Shown: positions 42,433-54,486 of the stretch, in pieces | How positions within the stretch are numbered: the stretch's first letter is position 1 | How the letters are laid out: each line of letters starts with the position of its first letter | Program-made: the position numbers and the translations under genes | Notes under the pieces: generated by a model | What the model was told of the DNA's origin: nothing | Database searches by the model: none | The model's input: the letters and a program-made list of their open reading frames with translations, nothing else | Source: Raillietiella orientalis | Lineage: Eukaryota | Assembly (NCBI GenBank): GCA_036172245.1 | Contig: JAYWIR010000029.1 | Coordinates: 1,984,001-2,048,000, forward strand | Length of the DNA: 64,000 bases | Direction: 5' to 3'

Positions 42433-45400
42433 GAGGATGAATCGGAGCGCGTCGGTTCGAGGCTTGCCCAGGTCCCGTGTTCCCATCGCCGCATGACACA
42501 CGCAAGCGTCCTCCAAACGGTCTCCATCATCCAGACGCTGAACGAGCTCGCGCAAGGCTCCACGTGCGCCTGCCCTCTCAAGAGCTCCCACCGCAACCCG
42601 GATCCCGGCTTCCGCGGCAAAGCCGTCGAATGTTGCGAGTGCCCCTCGTGCAACTCCAGAAAGAATCCACATGTGGTTTCTGCTCCCGACCAAGAATGCG
42701 AGTGGAGTCAGCACATCTTCAGGCTCGTCGAAGAAGGCGACGACTGCAGCCTGGTAAATACGCACTTTTCCCACTTTCGCGGTTCTCGTCGCCCTCGTTT
42801 TCGTTTTTTTTTCTTCGTTTTTTTTTCTTCTTTCGTTTTTTTTTTTTTTTTGCTTTTCTGCTTCGGGACCCCCTCGAGGTGGAGCGCCAGAGCGTGTGCA
42901 GACTCCCCGAAATTCGCGAATCGGTTTTTTTTATACTCGGAGATCGCAACAATGGGCGTGCTTTCTCCCGGGCCTATGCGGAGCGTCGAGATTTATTTTT
43001 ATCCTTGGGCATTGCAACAATGTGTGCTCCGAGGCATTCTCCAGTGTTCGATCTATTTTTATCCGTAGAAATTGCAACAGTGTGTTGGTCCCATATGGTC
43101 TTCCGAGAGCGAGAATTTACGATTCGCCCCAGGCTGCAATGATTGCTGCTGCCTGGGGAATGCTGAGAATGCGTTTCGGTTTATGGCAATTTTCGAACAC
43201 TCATTTGGCTGACAGAGAGAGAGCCCCGTGGAGGAAATTCTTGCCCACGATAGGGAGCAGGCCTCCGCCTTTTTTGCGGCTGTCTTCGTCCGTTTTGCTT
43301 GTTTTTTTTTTTTTTTTTTTTCTTCTTGTGGTACTGTGCCCGTAGACGTTCAACCTTCCTCCCCGAAATTCAAGGATGCAGTCCACGGGAAGATCCTGCG
43401 GAAAGTTTCCTTCCTTCGACCCGTCGATGCGACCAGAGTTTTTACGCGCGCGCCGTCTCTTGGAGATCGGCTCGGAGCAGCTTCGTGTTGTACGAGGAAG
43501 GGGTGGGCGGGAAGAATAAGAACAAAGGAAAGAGAAGAAAAAACAACAACAACAACAGAATAAACGAGAAAAGGAAAGGCGATGTCCATTCCTCCTTGGA
43601 CGCACGGTCCCTGCCCTGATCAGAGCACACATGGCGGCTCCGCCAGAGCGCAATCGTGTTTCCTCGGAAAGCGGAGAACAAAGCCGTGCGAAGATTTTGC
43701 GCTCGCGCGCGCTCCCGCGCGACGAGGGTGACGTCGCGCAGGGGGCGTTTTTTCCCGCGCTCGTGTGCTCTGGCGACTCGCAAGCGGGTCAGGCGGGGAG
43801 TTTGGGGGGGAGGGGGCAGGTAGCTAGAGGGCAGGATGGTTTTTTTTTCTCCGCCGCGGCCGTGCGCGCCGGAGTCTCGGCCTGTTTTGTGTTTGTTTCT
43901 CCCTCGTGTTTGCTCGGTCTCGGGTCAGGGAAACAGCACATCTCAGGAATTCCCATTACGGCCTCGGTAGGGACTCTCCGGGAGGACGGGGGAAGCCCCG
44001 CGCGCGCAAAAGCGGACAGCGGGGAAGCCGCCTTTCCAGGGGCGTGCGGGCCCGGACAAACACGAGACCTTGTCACCTTTACTCGGGATTCCCGTGAGAG
44101 TTCGGTCGCCACTGGACACCGCTCCGGAGCCGGGGGACTCTTCTGTTCCCATGAAACTTATCTCCAGGGAACACAGCTCCTCCTTCCCTCCTGTGTAATT
44201 CTGGCGGGCTTTTTATATATATATATATATGTATTTATATTATTGTCGGCAAGTAGCCTAGGGTTACCCTACCGTCACGGGGTATCTCCCTTCCTCATGG
44301 AGGTCTTCCGTGGTTCGGTTTCGTTCTCCTCAGAGGTGACTGTCGGTCACAACTCGAGAACCCACCCCTTTCCCAGTCTTTCCTCTTCTTACTCCCCTCC
44401 CCTTCTGTTCCCCTCGTCTGGAAGATTCGCTAATGATCGGCGCTCGCTCGTCTTTCAGAGGTTGGCATTGTCGGGAATCGATCCGACGGTGGTCAGAAGC
44501 CTCTCCAACGAATACGGGCAGAGGCTGGTGCACGTCTCCAGCTCCCGAGGTCACCTGACGACCCTGAAGTGGCTTTGTGAGAAGTATGGGGTGGTCGCGG
44601 CAGCCCTAGAGGAGAAGGACCGGGCCGGACACACGCCTCTCGCCCTGGCGGCCAAGGTGAAAGAGGGGGAGGGGCCGCGCGGGGCGGGGCTGACAGGGGG
44701 AGAACCGGCGTGTTGTCGGGCCCCCGCGTAAAGTTCGGCCACCTGGACGTCCTGGAGTGGATCAAGTCGCGCGACCTCGTCTGCCTGGACCGCGTGGAGA
44801 GCTGCGGGAGGAGCTTGTACCACACGTGCGCCAAGTTCGGCCGGCACCGCGTCATCCCCTGGCTCCGGGAGCACGCCCCCAAGCTGGACGTGAACGCGCA
44901 AGACCGCAAGGGCAACACGCCGCTGCACCTGGCCGCCAAGTACGGCCATCTGGCGACCGTGCACGTTCTCCTGTCCCTGGGAGCGGACCTGTCGAGGATC
45001 GTAAGCGATTTTCCTCCTTCTCCCCTCCCCCCCCCGTCCCGTGGAGGCGACAGGACCGAAACCTTGTCGCAGAACGAGCACGGCCAGAGGGCGTGCGACG
45101 CCGCGCGCGATGCCGGTCATGAGCCCTGCCGTGAGTACCTCTACTGCTACGAAGCCGGACAGGACGCGTGCCTCCAGCTGGCGAGCTGCGCGGACGACAA
45201 CCTGCGCCTCTACGAAGAGAACCACCAGCTGCGCGCGCATTGCAAGTGAGTCTCCCTCCCCGCGCCCCTCCTCGCCGAGTGCCGGAGTGAATCCCTTAGG
45301 GAGCTTTACTTCCTCTGCAAGAGGCTGCTTTCGGAAAGACAGGCCCAGGAGGCGGCCCTGGCCAACGTCCACGAATCCCTGGAGACGGTCCAGACCCAGA

Positions 45401-47235
45401 TGCTGAGGAAGGTACAGTTCCTCATCGAGGAGAACCAGGGTCTGAAGCAGAAGATCAATGGCGTCCAGAACTTCCACGGGAGGTGGGTGTCCCGGAAACG
45501 AGCTGCCAGGGATCCTCTCCTGCTTCTTTCTTCCTTCTCCAGCAGCAGCGAGAGCATCCACTGCACGGAGGCGATGACGCGCAAGTCGCTGCGGCAGTGG
45601 CACAGCCGCCTGCGGGAGCTGCAGCGGACATCGCGGGCCGACTACGACAGCCGCTTCAACCTCATCCACGAAGGCTGGAAGCGCGTCAAGGCCATCCAGA
45701 GGATGCGTCCTTCGAGCTTCGACGCGCAGGCGAACTTCGGGTATGCCCCCCTCCCCCCCGCTCCCGTCGCATGCTCTCTCCGTCCGGATGCTCACCGTCC
45801 CCGGGGGAGGACCCCCTCTTCCAGGAAGTGGGTGGAGCAGGTGAAGGTCAAGAGAGCTGGTGCCGAGTTCCTCGAGCTGAGCCCGTCCGAGAGCGACGCC
45901 GACGCCGACGGGCAACCGCGGGTGAGGGCGGTGGCGGTGGCTACCTCCTCACCCCGCACGCTGGATGACGACGCTGACGACGCCGATGGCGGCGACATCG
46001 ACGCCAGCGACTGCTCCCCTGTCCGCTTCGACAGGTACCTGCACCGCCTCGTCCGGGAACACGCGAGCGACGACATTCTCCTGGACGACCCCGTCTCCGC
46101 TGGGGACTCTTCGCCGTCGCCCAAGGCGGGCGCTGCTGCACAGATGAAGGACGTCATCGGCCTGAAAGGGTTGAACCTCACCTCCGAGAGCGGCTGCTCC
46201 GTGCTCGAAGTGATCGAGCCGGAAACCGAGGACCCCTGCGGCGGCGGTGGCCTCTCGGAGAAGGTCTCCAAGGAAGACGCCGAGGATCGCCACTCGGGGG
46301 AACCGGCGCTGCACGCCGAGACCTATTCGAAGAAGCGGGGTTTCCTGCGCAAGATGAAGGACCACTGGCCTTCCAAGCGTCGGTCGCGCAACGGCCGGAA
46401 CAGTTCGCCGGAAGAAAGCGGAGGACAGGAAGCGTCCACCTTCCTCCTCGATCCGGGAGGGATCGAGAGGCAGGCCCGGGATTACCCTTTCGTGCGAGCA
46501 CCTTGCTCCCTCAGACACCGGAGAGGCTTGCCCGAGGCATCCGACAGTGCGTGTTCCCGGCAGGCCAAGTCTCCCAGCTCCTTCCCCCACCTGGCGGTGC
46601 CCCCGCCTCCGCACTCCAACCCCGACGCGAAGCAGCAGGTGGAGAATGCCAGCGTCGCCTGCTCGGAGGACTCCGGCATCCTGACGCTCTCGGCCTGCAG
46701 CGCCTCCAAGTCGGACTCCATCGGGTACTCCTCCAGGAGGACTCTTTCCAACGATTTTCCCGCCACCCCGGATTCGAGCGTGGCCGGCCGCGCCTCCCCT
46801 TCCACCTACGACGTCGTCTCCCCCTTTCCCGGATCGGACCCGTCCCTCAAGACGGACTCGTCCCGGCAGCTGCACAGCATCGTCGAGGAGAAAGCTCCCC
46901 TCCGCCCCATATTTTCCAGGGACGTCCGCAAAGCGTCCGTGGTAGACCTGGGCGACACCCCTGGGGGGAATGTCGCGCCGAAAGATCCCCACGAATCTGC
47001 AGCGAGAAGTAAATCTGCTAGTCAAGTAAGCTCCTCCCTTTTCCCTCCTCCTCCTTTCTCTTCTTCATCTGTTCGTGACGCGGACCGCGCCCTTTTTCCC
47101 CCTCCCTCCCAGGAAAAGAGGACCACTAAGGCGTGGTACGATCTCTCCGACGAGGAGACGGAAATGTTCGTGTCGTCGGTCCATCCGTCCAACCTCCTCA
47201 CCCTGCATGGGTCCAGCGAGGAGGAAAATAGCTGA
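42433..47235 (+). CDS. Synphilin-1-like ankyrin-repeat / coiled-coil protein (5' end unresolved)
   Basis: Phase-consistent exons 42433-42753, 44459-44656, 44734-45000, 45073-45245, 45300-45482, 45543-45740, 45825-47025, 47113-47235 (2664 nt). Ankyrin repeats: GQRLVHVSSSRGHLTTLKWL, GHTPLALAAKFGHLDVLEWI, QDRKGNTPLHLAAKYGHLATVHVLLSLGAD. These are followed by NEHGQRACDAARDAGHEPCREYL and a coiled coil, resembling the synphilin-1 architecture, then a long Ser/Asp-rich disordered tail ending in WYDLSDEE. AATAAA at 47260-47265. The ankyrin call is solid; the synphilin family call and the first exon are inference. Confidence 0.85.
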
Positions 47236-49559
47236 GGAACGGAGTGGCCGTCGCTGTCGAATAAAAAGGAACGGAGGCCCCAGCAGCCTGTGCGGAAGAA
47301 GTTCTTTCTGTTCCTCTCTCTTGTGCACGACGCTTCTCCGGACGGAGGCTCGGCAGTCCCGTTTCCGAGTCCCCCTACCCCCCATCCTGGTTTCCGGAAA
47401 CGGTAAGGGAATTTCGGACCCTCCAGAACATCTCAAGTCTCCGGAAGCACCTGGACGCCCAGCGAAAGCTCGCGAGTCCGGTTCCCGGGAACGCGTAGTG
47501 CCGCTGCACTCCAGGCCGCAATGGCGCCTCTTGTTTGCCGGAGGGAAGCGCACGGCGGTGCCCAAGATGCGTGATGTTGTCAGTGGTGATGATGGCGTGG
47601 GCAAGGTTGTGCCCTCGAGGGGCCGTAGCCGAGCTCGGGAAACCGCCTTCAGCTTAGCAGCAGGAGTGGATGTGGAAGAAGGCGAAGGACGAGGGGAAAC
47701 TGCCAACCCTTTCGCCTCTTCTCCAGCCCCCTCCTCACTCTCGGAATTCGCTTCCCCTTCCCGCTCCGACTGCGCCTGCCCTGCACTCGGTGTCCTGGGG
47801 ATCGCTCGCCTGGAGGTGCGTCCCGGCGGCGAGGGTCAGGAGGAGCTGCCTCGACTGCACCAGCTCCTCCCGTTCCTTCCTCTCTCGCAGGCTTCTCCGG
47901 CGCTGCTCCTTGAGACGGCCCGCCGAAGCGGACGGGATTCTTTCGGCCAGCGGATCGCTTGATCGCTCAAGTCTCCCGGCAACTGCCGGAACGCTGTCGT
48001 CGGAGAAACTCGGGAGGGCGTCTGTCCAGACCGTCTCCTCTCCAAGAAGAGGTGATGGTCCTCGATGCTGTGCAACTTGCCTGTTCTTCAGCAAGGGTTC
48101 CTCTCGGTGCGCACCTGTCGATTCTCCCTGGGGAGAAACCACTTAGGAGGGGGGGGGGGTATTCTGCGGACACGTGATCGCCCGCTGTCATCGGTTCTCT
48201 CCCGCCCCTTCCCGTCCTGTGGAGTGTGAACGTCTCCCCCCTTCTGTCGCGGATCAGTCCCCTTGGATGCGAGGTCCAGGGGTGGTCGAGGTGTCTTGGA
48301 TTTCGTGCGAGAGCGAGAAAATTCCATCGTGGCGGCACTGGGCCGCGGCGACAAGAAGAGTCTCCGGGAACCGCAGTTCTTTTCTAACGTGCGAGGAGTG
48401 TTGCGTCTGGAGCTCTGGCGGCCAGGAGTGGCTCCTTGCACAGCGAAGCACCAAGCAGGAAACGATTCCTTAATGGCTCGCTCTCATGGACTACCGGACG
48501 CTGCCGTCTTTACTGAAGAAGGATGTTTCCCCCCACCCCCACCTCTCCTTTGAAGAAGGAAACTTTGCAGGACGCTGGAGATACGTTCAATCCACGTGGG
48601 GGATTCCTCCCGGACTCATCGGGAGAAACGTCTACGGGTCAACCCGCGCCGGAACCTCCCTTCTCATCTGGCCCGTCCTTGGAGTCGTGCTTGTCCTGCT
48701 CTGGATTTTCAGCTGTCTTTCTGCGCTTTTCGTTGAGCTCTGCCCGCTCGAGGGTGAGAAGTCCCTTGGCCTTGAGCGTGGGGCGAGGTACTTCCAGCGA
48801 GTTCCCGGCATCCCGTGCGCGCGACTTTCCTGCTCCTGTAACTACCATCGGGTTGGTACCAGGGAATTTTCCCGCGGACCTGAAGGTGACACTGAGTCTG
48901 CTGCTCTGGGGTTCTCGTTCGCCTGGGCCTCGTCTCGAAAGAGCAGGCGGTAGCAGAAGAACGGAGATGCCGAGCGTCCTAATACGAGTTTTCGTTCGTG
49001 GTCATCCTTTCGTCGTCTTTTGTCCCCGTCCTCGTGAGGTGCCGGATGGAAAAATTCAGCATCCGAGCATTTCCAACAGCTCCCTCGTGCCCCGAGTCCT
49101 GCTGCTCGTTCCCATTCACTTCGGGGATTTTTTTTTTTCTTTCGTCCTTACGAGACTGTCGTCTTGGACCGTTTTCCGTTCTCATCTTCCGCGACCTTAC
49201 CGAAACCCAGCCGCCGTTCCTGGTGGTTTGGCAGGAAGAGTAACCGGGTGGTTTCGTGCCGGGTCGTTTCCTTGGGCAACAGCAAACAAGCAAGTTCCCG
49301 AGATAACACGAAAGAGGAAAGGAAGTTCGAAAGAGGGGAGTCCCTTTGAATTCCATGAAGAGCGCTCCCGACAGCTCAAAGAGGGGAAGGTTCTCCGACA
49401 CGCAGGTCTGCTACTGGGGCAGCCCGAAGAGGGAGGAAAGGAGACAGTGAATAAACGAATGAAGGGTTGGTGAGGACTGAGGTCTTTGGCATTGGACGCT
49501 CCTATTTCCGTTTTCCACAGTCCGACTCGCGGTGGGGTGAATTTATTTAACAACTTTAA

Positions 49560-50360
49560 TTTACAATAGTACAACATTTAACAGTGCACCAGTCGCCTGC
49601 CTCGTGGGTCTCTTGCAGGCACACCATGTCCTCACGCTCGCTGGGACGCGTGATTCTGTTCCCTTCTGGTTCCACCTGCTGTTCACGTCCCACAAGGCGA
49701 TCCTGATCTGGCGGAAAGACAGGAAGGAAGCTACGGGGAATTGCTTCATGAACGATGTTCTTGTTTTCTGCTTGGGAGACGCAGTGAACTTCCGTATCTC
49801 TTCCCCCATTTCGCTCTCGGACTCCACCTAGTCTTCGGCTGGGGCTTCTGTTGAATGTACTCCTCGACCGGCACGCTTGGCTGGCCTGGCAGGGATCTCC
49901 ACTTCTTTTTCCAGGCTCACGATTTTGGCCTTGGCAGCTTTGAGGACGTCCTCCACTTGAATTGTCATGCGGTCGTTCACGGCCTTGGCGAGGATTTCTT
50001 CCTCGAGGGAGGAGATGCGGCTCAGGACTTCTGCTCCTCCTCCATGTTCTTTGAGAGGATGCCTTAACCAGGGTGGCCGCCTCCATCTCGTGTTGCTTCT
50101 CCTCCTCCTTTACGCCCAATTCCTCCGGAGCTACTGAAGGGGGAGGAAGCTCTTCGTCCGCAGCTTTCCTCCTCGACTTCCATGAAGCCCGCAGTCGCGC
50201 TAGCGCTGGGGAGCTTCACTTCCTGCTCCTTGCGCTGAGCCGCAGGGAGTGGGGGCAGTCCCTGGGCCTCGAGCCACTTCGAGAACCTCAGACATTCCCT
50301 CCTGATGTGCCCCGATTCTTTGCAGTGGTCTCTGCGGGGCCTCGTGCAGGCTTTTATAAA
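49560..50360 (-). mobile_element. Degenerate non-LTR retrotransposon (LINE) relic: 3' part of gag-like ORF1 plus first ~45 codons of the ORF2 APE endonuclease
   Basis: The minus strand reads PRRDHCKESGHIRREC (CCHC knuckle with the first Cys lost, ~50292-50339). A frameshifted acidic/coiled-coil tract follows (EEEKQHEMEAATLVK / GILSKNMEEEQK / VLSRISSLEEEILAKAV...KIVSLEKEVE). Then come IRIALWDVNS (from 49707; cf. APE N-terminal xRIxTWNVNG) and, after a frameshift, DMVCLQETHE (49630-49601; cf. DIVCLQET). Confidence 0.75.
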
Positions 50361-50701
50361 ATGGCCATGCTGGTCACATTTGAGACAACACGCTTTCGGG
50401 TATGCGCCGAGCCGATGTCCGAACTGCTTTCCTCCTGTCTCAGTACCGGCACATGATAACGGCGATCTCTGCCTTAGAACTTCGTCGTTTAGGTGACGTC
50501 ACCTCGCAGTCGCCTTCGTGCAGGTGGGTGACCTTCCGTTGTGCCCGACGCCCCAGCATACGGCGGGCTGCTACGATGGAGCGAACGCACCATGGCGCCT
50601 ACACTGAGAGGCCGCCGTTCTCGAAGAGAGGGCGTCCTGGTGTCGGCCCCTCCGTGCTTCGCCGCAGGTTTGATCGGAATGCGTCGATCGTTCCAGGACA
50701 G
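50360..50701 (+). repeat. Inverted, diverged duplicate of the protease intron/exon region ~55700-56080
   Basis: 50648-50700 matches the reverse complement of 55701-55753 at 49/53 nt (first 34 nt identical). Shorter collinear matches continue upstream: ccgccgttctc, atgg(c/t)gcc, ccgttg, tgctt(t/g)cctc, atgcgccg, tggtcac. The left boundary is approximate. Confidence 0.85.
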
Positions 50702-51439
50702 GCATCATCAACCTGACGATGCCTGTCATGGATCGCCGCAGCATGTCTTTGGATGCATCCTCCGGAAACACGGGCGCTGCACAAGCAGGCCTCCGCTTCA
50801 GTTCGGGAAGGGCACCGCCGTTCAAAAAACCAAACTGACTCCGCTGATCATGCCCCCTTCAAGTGGCGTGTGTTCTGTGTGGTAACCCATTCATTCGCTT
50901 TCCCCAGCCCATGTTCCTCTGCTTCAGCGTCTTCAAGGCCCTCCGCTGCGATCGGCGATAGGTTCTTTCCTTTCTACTGACGCCGTCTGCTGCCCTCCCT
51001 CCCCCAGCCTCCTTCCATTACGCGGTTGCCTTCGCCCCGCTTCTTCCAGGGATTCTGCTCGCCTTTTCCCCGTTGCGGGTTTTCCTGTACCTACAAGAAA
51101 CCCCCGTTGTTCCTGTTGCTCACAGTGAGGCATCGTCGGTTGCGGTCGAAATAGCCCGACCTTCCTGCTGCCAATGCCAGAGTCGCTCTGTTTGCCGGGT
51201 CTTGCGGGAGTCCTTCAGAATTCTATTTTTCTGCTTTCCTTCCAGCTTTTCTTCCCTTCTTTGGCTCGCCAAGCGCTAAAGAACCGTTCTCCTCCCTACG
51301 GGGGAAAGGGGGACTCACAGAGCTGTTGAGCACTGTCCAAATCAACCAAGGGTGCATGTGGCAACTCTTCAAGATAGAGTTAATCCGGGAGGTACCACCT
51401 GTGGATCCAGGTAGGCTCTGGAGGAAGGAATCCGTTTCT

Positions 51440-51660
51440 CTATTACGCCTTGGAGGGAGCCTCGAAGGGAATCAATTCCTTAATCTCTCCGGAGGGACCT
51501 CCGGAGGGGGACGCCCCTCATTTCTTCTCCGAAGGGAACCCGGAAAGAATCCTCTCCTGAATTTCTTCTCCGGAGGGTAACTCCGAGAGGATCCGTCCCT
51601 TCTTTCCTCCTCTGAAGAAATCTCGAAGGGACGCCTCTCGATTTCTCTGAAGGGCGCTCT
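51440..51660. repeat. Degenerate ~40-nt minisatellite
   Basis: Recurrent cores tctccggaggg / ttctccgaaggg / tctcgaaggg at roughly 40-nt spacing. Confidence 0.55.
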
Positions 51661-54486
51661 AGGAAGGGAACAGCGCGCTTCTTGACACTCTGGAGAGCTC
51701 CCCCCCCCGAGAGGGGTATCGACCAGCTCCATGGTACGTCGGTTCCATTTCCACAACCAGAGAGGAACCACGAAGGGTTCCTCGATTCCTGGAAGTTGAC
51801 CTCAAAGGATCAACCTCCAATCTCGGTCAGCGAACGGTGGCATCCGGCTTCCACCAGTGCCACCTCTCCCCATGCTGTCCGGTGAAGGATACGTTGCAGA
51901 GCCAGGACAACTGGACTCTCTTGGCCGCCACACCTCTTGCAGCAGTGCTGTCTGCCCTGAGAGCAAGCGATGGCAGTTGCCTACCAGTGGGGTGGAACGT
52001 CTCCTGCACACTCGCTGGAGAAAGAAGACCGTTGAGCGGCTGGAAGACGAGCGAGCTGGAGGACTCCGCCATCCTCGTGACTGGACGAAGGAACTCCTTC
52101 GTTGGAGCGAGCTGTTCTCTCCGAAGAACTCGTGCTCGCTCCCTCGTGCGTGGAAACCTTTGAGTTCCCCCTTCGTTGGGAGCAGGACACGCTGCTACTG
52201 TTGCATTGGGGGAGCTTCCATTGCAACCAGTGCGCTCGCCTCGTTTCCGGGGGAGTTGTCCCCGAACTGTGGAAGGCGCGGAGCAGTGAAATCGCTCCTG
52301 CAACTGTCCTTCGACCGCGGTGCCCTCCAAGGACTGTGACGGAGGCTGCCTTCAGCGCTCCTGCTCCAGAGGGATACCGCCATCGACGTCATGCGCCGCT
52401 TCTTCACGTGCGGCGGTCTCACTAGGTGCGGTCGTCGCAAGATCTGCGCCATCATCATGGTCCTCCATGTGTTGGAGTAGCGAGCGGCTCCGACAGAGAT
52501 CACCAGGACTGCAGTCTCCAGCATGTGGATGGCTGACAGGTGGCTTCACATCAGCAAAGAAGTCAAGAAGGAGATCTCCGGCATTCACTGCCGGTTCTGA
52601 GAAGGAACGGCCAAACCCAAAGACCCTTATCAACTAACCCCCCCCCCCATATGTTTTTGTATTTATTTATTGCCTCCTCACTCCCGTTCCAGACTTTAGT
52701 GTGCTCGACCTGCGTGTAGAGGAGCCCTCCCCTTGAACTTCTCGTCTCTTTGCCTGGGAACTTTGTTCCCAGATGGTTTGCTTTCGAATAAACGTCCCGG
52801 CGCAACCGGGTAAGAAGAAACCATTGCCGCCTCGAAGCCTGTTGGCCAGCCAGCGTCATCCTACCCTGGGTAAGGATTCGAATCTGCAACGCGTTGCACC
52901 AGACGCAGAGTGACCGCAGCCACGCGGGCCGCCAATGTGGGCGCTGCTGCTCGGTCAGCAGCTGGTCTTTCCGTGTTTCTTCCAAGGGACGTCGCTGCCT
53001 GCCGAGCTCGCAGCTCTTCCCGGAACGGTTTTGCGTTGCCGACGGCAACCTCGCCTGTCATCGGCCGCTGTTGGCTCTACGCTCTCTCCTGGAACAGCTC
53101 CTTCCTTCCCTGCTGCCCATTGCACCAGTGGCAAGGGGACTTGGCCAAGAATTCTGACGCTGTTCTTCCCTGCGTGCTCCCTTCATGCCTGTTTCTCCGG
53201 ACGAGTCTATCCTTTGGCGTCCATAAACACGTGCCATCCCCGCGATTCGGGTCGCGGAAGGACGCCCATGGCGCCGTTGGGGCGCTAGCGCGGATCCCGC
53301 CGCGATGGGAACGACAGGACTCTCTCGCTTCTTGTATCCTGGAGTAGCGGGAGCCCGTCGGCGCCGCACATGACGAACTGCGACCGTGCCTCAGAGAAAC
53401 CAGAGCAGGGAACCGGTGCATCTCCGAGTCATCTCGAAGAAAGCTGCTGGACCACAGAGGAGAGCGTCCTCAGCTGGCGTCGCTCCGAAGGAAGGATCCT
53501 CGTCGGTGTTCCCATCTTTTTTTCTGGAAACCCTAGACGAACCTCTAGACGGATTTTTGATAAGCATGGAGCCAGCAGACGCTCGCAGACGGTCGGCGAT
53601 GGGAAGGGGATGGGATAGACTTGGTCCCGTTGCTCCCATTGGGTCTCTGCGTTCTTCCGGGAAGAACTATAGAGCGGATCCTCTTGGAGCGCCGAAGAAA
53701 AGGAGAGGCTGGCCGGAAGGGTAAAGCCGGAGGGCTGACTCCAGAAGCACCTTCAGTTCCAGGGGTGCACCCGTGTGAGCCCTCATCAGGGAACGGTCCG
53801 AAAGATCAGGAGGAAGCAATGTGAGCAGAAGAGAGAGGACCATCCGGGCTGCCCGAGGCGCGTATGCGCAGGTCGGAGGAAGAGAAGAGGGGCGTGGCCC
53901 CATTCGCCGAGCCTCCCTCCACTGGCGCCCGTCCCTCTTCCCCTCTTGATGCAATTCACATGGATGTGGTGTTTAGTTGATGGGGATCGTCTTCTCGCTG
54001 TCCCAGCTGAAGCGTCCCAGGGTCCCTGTTGCAGCTGCTGGACCATGCCCCCGGCTGTGACTTCCTGAGGGTAGGAGCGCCCCCTCCGCCCAACCCGATC
54101 CCCCCGCCAGTCTTCAGAGGACTTTCAAAGAGCTTCTGCTTCCTCCTCGAGGGTGATCCGGAAGATGGTGGGTGGGTGGGGAGGGGATCTTAGAGCGGCG
54201 CGGGAAAGACGGCGGGAATGACTGGTCCGAAGGGGCTCCGCGGATGGTCGTCGAGCAACTCCGTGGAGGGCTTTTTTAGTCCGTCCCGCTCCCCCTCTCT
54301 TTGTGCCGAGAGTGAGGGAGGGGTCACGGAGGGAAGAGGACTTTGCTGCTGGCTGTCCGCTGCCACCCTCTGAATCAAAGGGTGATCCCTCCCTTTTTCC
54401 TACCTTTGCCCACCCCTGCAGTGCAGGGACGGAACGACGTTTAATGCTGTAGCAGTCCTGCGGAGGACAGGAAGGGAAGGAGGGGG

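Noticed and set aside
43631..44458. N-terminal part of the 366-aa ORF 43631-44731
   Set aside because: Runs through a (TA)n microsatellite and pyrimidine tracts; best read as intron, with only 44459-44656 coding.
44551..47025. 454-aa and 358-aa minus-strand ORFs
   Set aside because: Antisense shadows of the high-GC3 ankyrin gene.
48870..48905. Minus-strand SRLSVTFRS resembling the AlkB/2OG-oxygenase RxSxTFR motif
   Set aside because: Isolated short match with no HxD...H motif or supporting frame.
51440..51660. Spaced ~40-nt repeats as a possible CRISPR array
   Set aside because: Units are degenerate with no constant repeat/unique spacer structure, no cas genes, and the context is eukaryotic.
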